From contig CAKTSY010000002.1 in NCBI GenBank assembly GCA_934613415.1, positions 60,001 through 92,000 on the forward strand: a stretch of DNA of 32,000 nucleotides, in the 5' to 3' direction. This stretch comes from an uncultured Opitutales bacterium (GTDB lineage Bacteria; Verrucomicrobiota; Verrucomicrobiia; Opitutales; Intestinicryptomonadaceae). Under the pieces are notes generated by a model that ran no database searches, was not told the origin of the DNA, and saw only the letters and a list, made by a program, of their open reading frames with translations. A program made the position numbers and the translations under genes. Positions 1 through 8,700 of the stretch are shown in pieces. The first letter of the stretch is position 1; each line of letters opens with the position of its first letter.

Positions 1-1
1 A

Positions 2-190
2 GAAAGCATATTCCAGATTTCGGGGCTGGGAAGGTTTTTTATTTCCAGCGCGCTAGACAGCGACTATACAATGATTATGGGCTGTGTTTTGGTTTACGCG
101 TTTTTTATTGTGGTTTTCAATATGCTCTCCGACATTTTGCTGGCGGTGCTTAATCCTAAAATAGCGTCTAACTTGGGGCTTAGAAGATGA
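2..190 (+). CDS. ABC transporter permease (OppB/DppB-like), C-terminal fragment; 5-prime end lies outside the window
   Basis: The frame is open from the window edge to TGA at 188-190. The translation ...GRFFISSALDSDYTMIMGCVLVYAFFIVVFNMLSDILLAVLNPKI... looks like the last TM helix and tail of Opp/Dpp-type permeases. The stop overlaps the next start (ATGA). Confidence 0.7.
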   Translation, partial: ESIFQISGLGRFFISSALDSDYTMIMGCVLVYAFFIVVFNMLSDILLAVLNPKIASNLGLRR

Positions 191-969
191 GAAAACTTTG
201 CTTTGCATTTTTAATTGTATGCTTTGTCTTGTGCATGGGCGCCGACTTTTTTGCCCCCTATAGCTACGCCGAACAAAATTTGCAGCTTGGGGCCAGCTCG
301 CCTACATTAAAGCACATATTCGGCACCGACAATCTCGGGCGCGACTTGTTTTCGAGAATGCTTTACGGCGGGCGCGTTTCGTTTGCTATAGGCATTTTTG
401 CCACTTTGTTTGCGTCTGTTGTTGGGGTAAGCTACGGCGTTGTAAGCGCGTATTTCGGCAAAAAGTGCGACTATATTATGATGCGCATTGTAGATATTGC
501 ATATTCTTTGCCCTTTGCAGTTATTGTTATTTTGCTTACGCTGGCTTTTGGCAGAAGCGTTTGGCTTTTGTTTGTAGCCCTTGGCATTGCCGAATGGATG
601 ACTATGGCAAGAATTGTAAGAGGGCAGGTTTTAGAGCTTAAAAGCAGGCAGTTTGTAGAAGCTTCGGCGGTTTTGGGGCAAAGCACTTTTAAGGTAATAG
701 TAAAACACATTTTGCCCAACGCCCTGCCCGCCGTTTTGGTGTGCGCTACGCTTACCGTGCCGAGCGTGATGTTGTTGGAGTCTTTTTTAAGCTTTTTGGG
801 GTTGGGCGTGCAGGCTCCGCTGCCGTCGTGGGGCACTTTGCTTAGCGAGGGGGCAGACTTGATGGAAACGGCTCCCCACCTTTTGATTTTTCCGAGCATA
901 GCGTTTTCGCTTACGCTGTTTTCGATAAACAGGCTCGGCGAATATTTAAAGGAAAAGCTTGCCCGCTAG
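187..969 (+). CDS. ABC peptide/nickel-type transporter permease (OppC/DppC family)
   Basis: 260-aa ORF with multiple TM segments. It has the N-terminal FGTDNLGRDLFSRMLYGGRVS motif and the permease loop RQFVEASAVLGQSTFKVIVKHILPNALP typical of OppC/DppC. It is coupled to the upstream permease by an ATGA overlap. Confidence 0.85.
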   Translation: MRKLCFAFLIVCFVLCMGADFFAPYSYAEQNLQLGASSPTLKHIFGTDNLGRDLFSRMLYGGRVSFAIGIFATLFASVVGVSYGVVSAYFGKKCDYIMMRIVDIAYSLPFAVIVILLTLAFGRSVWLLFVALGIAEWMTMARIVRGQVLELKSRQFVEASAVLGQSTFKVIVKHILPNALPAVLVCATLTVPSVMLLESFLSFLGLGVQAPLPSWGTLLSEGADLMETAPHLLIFPSIAFSLTLFSINRLGEYLKEKLAR

Positions 970-1036
970 GCAAATTTTCTTGATATGCGGTTTTTTTCTT
1001 TTTATAAACGTTAACTTAATTGCAAAACTTTGATAT

Positions 1037-2860
1037 ATGATGATTAAGAAATTCACTGTGATTATGGCGTCGCTAACCGTTGCAACAGCTTTGGTTGCCG
1101 ACGAATTCGTTAAAGTTGCCTACAGATTCGAATCGGGCAAGCCCGTAGAACAACGCATTAAGCTAGACGAAGACCAAAACGGTGTCTTTACGCTTAAAAT
1201 AGCAAAAGGCGACATTCCGCAAAACGCAAAATACGTTATAGTTGCCCCCGAATTTGCCAGGGCAAAAGTAGGCGACAAGGGCTTTTTTGTAAGCCCAGAT
1301 TCAATGCTTGTAAACTTTACACAAAAGCCCGAGGGCGAAAGGCAGTGCTGGCAGCAGCCGCTTGCGCTTTCGGCGGTAAACGTAAACGGCAAAGCTTTTG
1401 CAATGGTTACCGAAACATTGCGTTTTTTGTGCAAAACTAAAATAGCGTTAAAAAACGGTGTGTATGACTACGAATACGTTTATTTAACCAAAAGCGAAAA
1501 GCCGTTTGAAGATTTAATTGTAAAGTTTTACCCGCTAAAGGGCAAAGACGCAACCTATGCCGGGGCTGCGCGTCTTTACAGAAAGTTGAAGTTGGATTCC
1601 GGCGAAGTTGTGCCCCTAAAAGTAAGGGCAAAAGACAATCCCGAATTGGCGTATGCCGTGCAGTCTTGCGAAATAAGAATGAGGCTCGGCTGGAAGCCGT
1701 ATCCTACGCCCGTTGTAGAGCAGACTTTGGAAAACGAGCCCGAAATGAAGGTGAAAATTCCGTTTGCAAAGGTTTGCGAAATAGAAAAAGACCTGTTGAA
1801 AGCGGGCGTAGACAAAGCCGAAATTTGCCTTGTAGGCTGGAATAAAAGCGGGCACGACGGCCGCTGGCCCGATTCTTTCCCCGTAGAGCCGAAACTTGGC
1901 GGCGAAAAGGGCTTGCGCAATCTTATTAAAGAATCGCAAAAAATGGGCTTTCAGATAGTCTGCCACTCGAATGCAGTAGGATCTTGCAATGTATCGCCCA
2001 ATTTCGACAAAAACGATATTTCGATAGACGAAAACGGGAAGTTGCGAAAGGGCGGAGTATGGTCTAACGGGCAAAACTACAGATTTTGTCCGAAGCGCTA
2101 CTACCAAAAGTTTTCGAAGGAAAACATACAAAAAATTACCGAATTGGGCTTTAGGGGTTTGCACTACATAGACGTAATTTCCACCGTAGGCCCCGTTGCA
2201 TGCCATAGCAAAGAGCACCCGATAACTTCGAAAATGTCGGCGGAATATTGGAATAGGGAACTTGCCGACGCAGCCCTGCTTATGGGGGGGGCTGCAAGCG
2301 AGGGCGGCTACGACTTTGTTGCGGCAAATCTGGATTTTGGTCTGTATATTACATACAACCTAAATCCCAAAAACTATCCAAAGCTAACCGACAGATACGT
2401 TCCGATGTGGCACATAGTTTACAACGGCATAATTATGAGCAACGCCGCAACCGACACTGTAAATTTCCCCATAAAGGAAAAATGGGCGCAGCTAAAGGTT
2501 GCAGAATTTGCCACAAAGCCCACCTTTTATTTTAATTCGGCGTTTTCCGACAAATTGGATATGAACTGGATGGGCAAAAACGACCTTCTTTGCTCTAACC
2601 CAGAAGAGACTAAAAAATCGGTTGCGGCGGTAAAACAGGGCTACGACCTTATGAAAGAGCTTGGCTATTTGCAGTACGAATTTATGCAAGACCATTGTCA
2701 GATTGCCGACAATGTGTTTAAGTCGGTATTTTCGGACGGTAGCGAAATTATAACAAACTATTCGCAAACGCCTTTCGAATATAAGGGCGAGTTGGTTGCC
2801 CCCATGGCATACAGGCTTTTTAAGCCAAGCGTTTGGCAACGCTTTGTAAACTTGTTTTAA
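1037..2860 (+). CDS. Secreted hypothetical protein, possibly TIM-barrel glycoside-hydrolase-like
   Basis: 607-aa ORF with an N-terminal signal-like segment (MMIKKFTVIMASLTVATALVA). The central stretch GWNKSGHDGRWPDSFPVEPKLGGEKGLRNLIKESQKMGFQIVCHSN...HYIDVIS resembles glycosidase-like barrels; the family assignment is from memory only. A strong hairpin terminator follows. Confidence 0.75.
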   Translation: MMIKKFTVIMASLTVATALVADEFVKVAYRFESGKPVEQRIKLDEDQNGVFTLKIAKGDIPQNAKYVIVAPEFARAKVGDKGFFVSPDSMLVNFTQKPEGERQCWQQPLALSAVNVNGKAFAMVTETLRFLCKTKIALKNGVYDYEYVYLTKSEKPFEDLIVKFYPLKGKDATYAGAARLYRKLKLDSGEVVPLKVRAKDNPELAYAVQSCEIRMRLGWKPYPTPVVEQTLENEPEMKVKIPFAKVCEIEKDLLKAGVDKAEICLVGWNKSGHDGRWPDSFPVEPKLGGEKGLRNLIKESQKMGFQIVCHSNAVGSCNVSPNFDKNDISIDENGKLRKGGVWSNGQNYRFCPKRYYQKFSKENIQKITELGFRGLHYIDVISTVGPVACHSKEHPITSKMSAEYWNRELADAALLMGGAASEGGYDFVAANLDFGLYITYNLNPKNYPKLTDRYVPMWHIVYNGIIMSNAATDTVNFPIKEKWAQLKVAEFATKPTFYFNSAFSDKLDMNWMGKNDLLCSNPEETKKSVAAVKQGYDLMKELGYLQYEFMQDHCQIADNVFKSVFSDGSEIITNYSQTPFEYKGELVAPMAYRLFKPSVWQRFVNLF

Positions 2861-2883
2861 GTTTTTGCGCGCATAAAACAAAA

Positions 2884-2922
2884 ACGCCGCTTTAAGGGTT
2901 TTCCCCAAAGCGGCGTTTTTTT
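2884..2922. terminator. Bidirectional rho-independent terminator between convergent genes
   Basis: Stem acgccgcttt (2884-2893) pairs with aaagcggcgt (2907-2916). The stem is preceded by an A-run and followed by a T-run at 2917-2922. Confidence 0.75.
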
Positions 2923-2938
2923 GTGCTAAAAAAACTTT

Positions 2939-3367
2939 TTATATGCAAAAATCGGCAGACGAATTTTCGCGGTTAAGCACGTCTTGCAATGTCATAGATT
3001 CCAAATCCTTTCGGATTTTTTCGTTTAATTCTTCCCATATTTCGCGGGCGGCGCAACCCTCGGCGCGCTTGCACTTTTTCGGGCACATAACGCAGTCTAC
3101 AATAGAAAGTGGGCCTTCCATTGTTTCTATAATTTCCAGTAGCGTTATGTGTTTTGGCATACGCTTAATTTTGTAACCGCCTTTTGCGCCCCTTACCGAG
3201 GCAATCATTCCGGCATTGCGCAATTTTAAAATAAGCCTGCCCACATATTTGGGCGAAAGCCCCTGTGTTTTGCAGATGTCGGCAATCATTCTCGGTGTGT
3301 CGCCGTCGTTTTGCGCCAAATCGAGCATAATTCTAAGCCCGTACCTGCCTTTTGTAGAAATTTTCAT
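2939..3367 (-). CDS. Rrf2 family transcriptional regulator (IscR/NsrR-like, Cys-ligand type)
   Basis: The N-terminus MKISTKGRYGLRIMLDLA plus a winged-helix region is the Rrf2 signature. The C-terminal Cys cluster DCVMCPKKCKRAEGC is consistent with Fe-S ligation. Confidence 0.9.
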   Translation of the reverse strand: MKISTKGRYGLRIMLDLAQNDGDTPRMIADICKTQGLSPKYVGRLILKLRNAGMIASVRGAKGGYKIKRMPKHITLLEIIETMEGPLSIVDCVMCPKKCKRAEGCAAREIWEELNEKIRKDLESMTLQDVLNRENSSADFCI

Positions 3368-3544
3368 AAATCAATTTCGCGTTTTATAGGCTCACAAAAG
3401 CGTTGTGTCGAGTATAATTTTTATCGGCAAAAATGCAAAAAAAGCGCGCCCTTGTTCCTGCGTGGCTGTAGGTTCAAATTTTTACAGCAAAAAATAATTG
3501 ACTAAATCCGCCAAAACATAAAGTATTTACCGAATATAAATCAG

Positions 3545-3617
3545 GCCGAAGTAGCTCAGCTGGTAGAGCAACGCTTTCGTAAAGCGTGGGTCGTCGGTTC
3601 AAATCCGATCTTCGGCT
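3545..3617 (+). tRNA. tRNA-Thr (anticodon CGT)
   Basis: Manual 73-nt cloverleaf. Acceptor GCCGAAG/CTTCGGC; D arm GCTC-AGCTGGTA-GAGC; anticodon stem ACGCT/AGCGT with loop TTCGTAA (CGT at 3578-3580); T arm GTCGG-TTCAAAT-CCGAT; discriminator T. Confidence 0.9.
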
Positions 3618-3696
3618 CTGGTGTTTTTTGCGGCACAGGCATTATGTTTTGTTGCCGTTTTTTGTTTTTAAGGGTCAACACCAAAGAGAGTGGGTT

Positions 3697-4456
3697 TTAG
3701 TGAAAGACGCCGCATAGAACCAAGACCCTCAATCTGTAATTTTCAAAGTTTTTATAACCGTAAGCCATTCGTTGTATTAGTTTCATTTTCCTGTGGGAGC
3801 CTTCTGTTATCCCGTTATTTTTCGTAAATCTCCACATTCGGATTATCGGTGTAAACCGGTCGCTTATCGTCTCTGCTAGCCGCTCAAACTCTTGTGTCGC
3901 TTCGTATTTCATTTGCTTCATCATTCCTTTCAGTTCTCTTATATTCCTTATACATTCCTTTGCCGTTTGATGTTTTCTGTTTAACAGCTCGCACAACCTT
4001 TCCTTAAACTCGTATGCCAGCTTTATCGCGGGATTGTTCTCAAAAAACTTTTCCAATCGCTTAAGCTCTTCGGAGTTCAACCTATCTCCACGTTTTCGCA
4101 ATGGGTATGTCAACTTTCTATTCCATTTTACTTCTTCTTGGGCTTGTTTGCAATTCAAGCGAAGCGCGAATGAGATTTTGCCGTAGGCAAAAGACCCGAA
4201 GGGCGAGACGGTTTGCGCATGCAAACGCGAGTCAAAACTCCATAAAGTGATACAGCACCAATCTTATAACGTGGAACCTGTCCGCCACTATTTTTGCTTT
4301 CGGAAAACACCGCCTTACTATGCTTCGGTAGCTGCTGCTTAAATCCATGCACACTACTTTTACTTTATCCTTTCCTTTATAGCTCATCAAGAATATCACA
4401 CTGGGCATTGTAAGAGTTTTTCCCTCTTCTTTGCCCTCCTTTTTTATCCATTCCAC
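3697..4456 (-). mobile_element. ISL3-family transposase remnant (pseudogene: N-terminally truncated and split into two frames)
   Basis: The ORF at 4232-4456 carries VVCMDLSSSYRSIVRRCFPKAKIVADRFHVIRL (DDE region with DRFH). The ORF at 3697-4224 carries the ISL3 C-terminus TKNNGITEGSHRKMKLIQRMAYGYKNFENYRLRVL. The two parts are in different frames with a stop between them. About the first 190 aa of a full-length enzyme are missing. Confidence 0.8.
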
Positions 4457-4475
4457 TATCTTTGACGAAGAACGA

Positions 4476-4505
4476 AAAATTTCACACGGGTTCGTGTGAA
4501 ATTTT
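4476..4505. terminator. Perfect 13-bp hairpin (terminator-like) at the truncated edge of the IS remnant
   Basis: aaaatttcacacg (4476-4488) pairs with cgtgtgaaatttt (4493-4505) around the loop ggtt. A/T runs form the stem ends in both orientations. Confidence 0.4.
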
Positions 4506-4751
4506 AAACGGAGAGAGAGGGAATAGGCTTAAAACTATTAACTTCCTTGCTCTTAATATATTGCAATTTTACAAAAAATCTCAGTTGCGTTTAGTTGCAA
4601 TATTTTTTGTAGGTGGGAAAATATAATAGACTTGAATTTTGATAAATTAACTGTCGCAGTAATAAAATCCGAAACAAGGCTTGAAAAAACTCCAAGATAG
4701 CTTAGCGTAGAAAGTGGTATAAAATTTTGCGAAAAAGAAAATTTGGCAATA

Positions 4752-5741
4752 ATGTTGGAACGGATTGACATAAAGGAGAACTCTCTGTTGAAGCTCAATT
4801 CAGAGCTTCTCGATTCTCTATTGAAAGACCATACAACAAACCGCAACATTATTTGGGGGACTGACAATTATAAGCACTTCGGAATTGGATACCGTTATAA
4901 CGAGCAGATTTTTCCAGAGCTTATCACTGAAGATTGCGGAGAAATAATACGTCCCCGCGTCTCGAAAAGCCAAGAAGAACAACAGGCAAGAGTTAAAGAT
5001 AAAGCCGAGGTATTTACCCCTACTTGGATATGCAACGCCCAAAATAATCTTGTCGACGAAGCGTGGTTCGGCAGAAAAAATGTTTTCAACATAGAAAAAG
5101 ATAAAAATTGGACAGTCAAATCCAAGCCTGTAGCGTTCCCTGAAAACAAGACTTGGCAGGACTATATAGCATTAAATCGATTGGAAGTAAGTTGCGGAGA
5201 AGCTCCATATCTTGTAAGCCGCTACGACGCAATTAGCGGAAAACCTATCCCAATAAAAAGGAGAATCGGGCTTCTCGATAGAAAGCTTAGAGTTGTCGGA
5301 GAGAATACAACAACGGAAAGCGAATGGATAGACTCCGCGTTGACCGCCTTTAAAAGCGTTTACGGCTTTGAATGGCAAGGCGACAATTTGCTTCTGGCTC
5401 GGGAAAACCTACTTTTTACGTACAGCGATTACTACCGGGAAAAATTCAAAAAACTTCCTTCCATAATTGAGCTTTTGAATGTTTCGGAGATTATATCTTG
5501 GAACTTATGGCAAATGGACGGATTAAAATGCGTCGTACCGTATAGTTGCCACGAAGAGACAATCGTCCAAAAGGATTTGATAGAAACAAGAAAATTAAAA
5601 GTCCCCTGCAAGGGCTGCCAAAGGAACGACATTAGGCTTCATAACGGCAAATATTGCTACATAATGGATTGGCAAAAAGGCAAACGCAAAAAATTTGTTT
5701 CGCTGATAAGGAGAGAAAAAAATGCAATCGGGAAAAAATAG
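4752..5741 (+). CDS. Methyltransferase-fold protein lacking a canonical catalytic motif IV, with a C-terminal Cys cluster; candidate partner subunit of the downstream RM-like fusion
   Basis: The ORF track starts at TTG 4743; the first ATG is at 4752. Features: a motif X-like AEVFTPTW (5007-5027), a motif I-like LEVSCGEAPYL (5181-5213), no (D/N/S)PP(Y/F/W) anywhere, and a Cys/His cluster SCH...PCKGCQ...HNGKYC (5529-5657). The 3-prime end overlaps the next ORF by 20 nt. Confidence 0.8.
   Translation: MLERIDIKENSLLKLNSELLDSLLKDHTTNRNIIWGTDNYKHFGIGYRYNEQIFPELITEDCGEIIRPRVSKSQEEQQARVKDKAEVFTPTWICNAQNNLVDEAWFGRKNVFNIEKDKNWTVKSKPVAFPENKTWQDYIALNRLEVSCGEAPYLVSRYDAISGKPIPIKRRIGLLDRKLRVVGENTTTESEWIDSALTAFKSVYGFEWQGDNLLLARENLLFTYSDYYREKFKKLPSIIELLNVSEIISWNLWQMDGLKCVVPYSCHEETIVQKDLIETRKLKVPCKGCQRNDIRLHNGKYCYIMDWQKGKRKKFVSLIRREKNAIGKK
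5708..5715 (+). promoter_or_regulatory. Shine-Dalgarno sequence for the 1358-aa ORF
   Basis: AAGGAGAG lies 6 nt upstream of ATG 5722, inside the end of the upstream ORF. The host gene starts I inspected (1037, 16534, 17886, 27210, 28492, 30534, 3367-, 14076-, 23692-) have no comparable motif. Confidence 0.6.
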
Positions 5742-8700
5742 GTATAAAAATCCGTTCGGGTATAAGCTGATTTATATATTCCGAATCAACGATGATGCCC
5801 ATGAAAACTGCCTAAAAGTCGGCGATACTACCGTTATGTACGAAGGTTCTCCCGCCGAGCTTACTCCAAATTGCAGCAAACTCAACTCTGCCGCCAATGC
5901 CCGCATAAACGAGTGCACAAGAACTGCGGGCATTCATTACGATTTGCTTTATACAGAACTCGCGTACTTTCAAAAATCTGACGGGAAATTTAAGGCATTC
6001 CGAGACTATACCGTACATAAAGTTTTACTAAATTCTGGTATAAAAAAGAAGGAAATCCAAAACGCGCGGGAATGGTTCATTGCGGATTTAGAGACGGTAA
6101 AAAACGCAATAAAAGCCGTAAAAGATGGGCGAAAATCCCTCACTGGCGCGGAAATTTCGACAGATAAAAACCCGATAGTCTTCCGTCCGTCGCAAGTAGA
6201 AGCCATAGAAAAGACTGCAAAATATTTTAAGGGCAAAGCGCATAAACAGTTTTTGTGGAATGCAAAAATGCGTTTCGGGAAAACCCTTGCCGCCTATGAA
6301 GTTGTGCGCCAGTTAGGATATGGAAAAACCCTAATATATACCCATCGCCCTGTTGTTCTTAAAGGTTGGAGAGAGGATTTTTATAAAATCTTTACCGACG
6401 AAAATTCTCCTTGGATTTTCGGGAACAAACCAAATCAGACGATAAATTCTGGTACAGAGCTAAAAGATCTATTGGCGTCTGGCAAAAAATTTGTATATTT
6501 TGCGTCTTTGCAAGATTTGCGCGGTTCAAAATCGGTTGGCGGAAATTTCGATAAAAACGACGAAGTTTTCAAAACAGACTGGGATTTGGTAATTGTCGAC
6601 GAAGCCCACGAAGGCACGCAAACGGGGCTTGGCGAAGAAGTCCTTGCGCAGATATTTACAAAGGAGAATAAAACAAAGCTGCTTCAACTTTCGGGAACGC
6701 CGTTTAATCTGATAACCAAATATACCGCCGACGAAACGTATACTTGGGACTATACAAACGAGCAGGAGGCAAAGGCGATGTGGGACAAACTCTACGGCGG
6801 AGACTCCAATCCATACGCCGATTTGCCCTCAATGCAGATTTACACGTTTGACTTGGCAAAGCAGTTTAATAACTTTGTCGACAGCCAAAAGGCGTTTAAT
6901 TTTAGGGAGTTTTTCAAGGTATGGTCGGGCGATATCATGCGTGACGGTAAACCTGTTCCGCAAGATTCGGCAATCGGCAGATTTGTATATGAAAAAGAAG
7001 TCGAAAAATTCCTGAATTTGATTTCAAGAGCCGACAAAAGCAGCAATTTCCCATTCTCGAAAGAAGAATTTAGGGGATACTTTCGCCATACATTGTGGAT
7101 GCTTCCGGGGGTTGCTTCCGCAAAGGCTATGAGCGAAATGCTGCAAAAGCACCCGATTTTCGGGAAATTTAATATCGCAAACGTTGCGGGCGACGGCGAT
7201 GAAGAAGAGGAAAGCAAGGAAGCTTTAAAGAAAGTTGAAAACGCCATTGGAGATGACCCAGACGATTCATATTCCATAACGCTTTCTTGCGGACGCCTCA
7301 CAACGGGAGTGTCGGTAAAGGAATGGACTGCTGTCATGATGTTGTCGGGGTCTTATTCGACGGCGGCTTCTCAGTATTTGCAGACAATTTTCCGCGTGCA
7401 GACCCCCGCGGAAATCAACGGCAAGACAAAAGAAACCTGCTATGTTTTCGACTTTGCTCCCGACAGAACCCTCAAAATGATGGCAGATGCCGTAAATCTT
7501 TCCACAAAGGCTGGACGTTCCGAGGAAGGCTCAAAAAAAGCCATGGGGAAATTACTCAACTTCTGTCCTATTATAGCAGTGGACGGAACAAATATGCGCG
7601 AATACAACGTTGAAGAAATGTTGGTTCAGTTAAAGAAGGCGTATATAGAAAAAGTTTGCGTCAACGGTTTTGACGATAGCCACCTGTATAACTTTAACCT
7701 GCCAGAACTTTCAGAAATGGACAGGGAAATGCTCGCACATTTGAACAATATAGCAAAGGCGAGCGGCCAAAGCAAAAAGCCTCAAGACCTCATCGTAAAT
7801 AAACAGGGGTTTGACGAAGAAGAACACGAAAAGAAGGAAAGCAACCCCTCTAAGTCTTCTCGCGAAAAAACCGCCGAAGATTTGGAAAAGGAAAAGAAGA
7901 AAAAGGAGAGAGCCAATCTTATTTCCAATCTTCGCGCAATTTCCATACGCATACCATTGCTTGTTTACGGCGCAAATATACCCTTTGAACAGGACATCAC
8001 AGTAGACAATATTACCGGTATTGTTGACGACATTTCTTGGGAAGAATTTATGCCCAAAGGGTTTTCAAAAGAAGACTTCAAATACTTCAAAAAGTTTTAC
8101 GATACAGAGGTGTTCATAGGCGCGGGCAAACGTATTCGCCAAAGAATAAAAGATGCCGAAAGTTTGCCTGTAATGGAGCGCGTGAAAGAAATTGCTGAAA
8201 TATTCGCCATGTTCCGCAATCCGGATAAGGAAACGGTTCTGACTCCGTGGCGTGTCGTAAATATGCATATGAGCGACTGCCTCGGCGGTTATGATTTTTG
8301 GAATGAAAACCATACTGAAACATTGGATACCCCCAGAGTTGTAGACCACGGCAAGATAACCGCGGAAACATTCTGGAATCGTGACGCAAAATTTTTGGAG
8401 ATAAATTCAAAAACGGGGCTTTATCCGCTTTATGTGGCGTATAGCCTATTCTGCGCATTGCGACAGTCGAATAAGCGCAAGACCGACTCCGAGCTATGGG
8501 AAAAAGTGCTAAGAGATAACGTGTATGTGATATGTAAAACGCCAATGGCTGAATATATCACTAAAAGAACTCTTGCAGGATATAAGGATATTAAAGTAAA
8601 CGCAAAATACATAGATAACCTCGTTAACAAAGCTCAAGACGAAAAAACACGAAAGAACTTAGTAAAACTTATACAGAACGGAAAGACCTTTTGGAATATA

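Noticed and set aside
3498-3526. Sigma70-like promoter for tRNA-Thr (TTGACT at 3498-3503, then N17, then AAGTAT)
   Set aside because: The -10 element matches only 3 of 6 consensus positions, and other spacings are off. Promoter consensus for this organism is unknown, so the evidence is too weak to call.
4558-4603. 9-bp inverted repeat atattgcaa/ttgcaatat with a 28-nt spacer upstream of the defence-like operon
   Set aside because: It is short and AT-rich in a very AT-rich leader, so it could easily arise by chance. I note it only as a possible operator.
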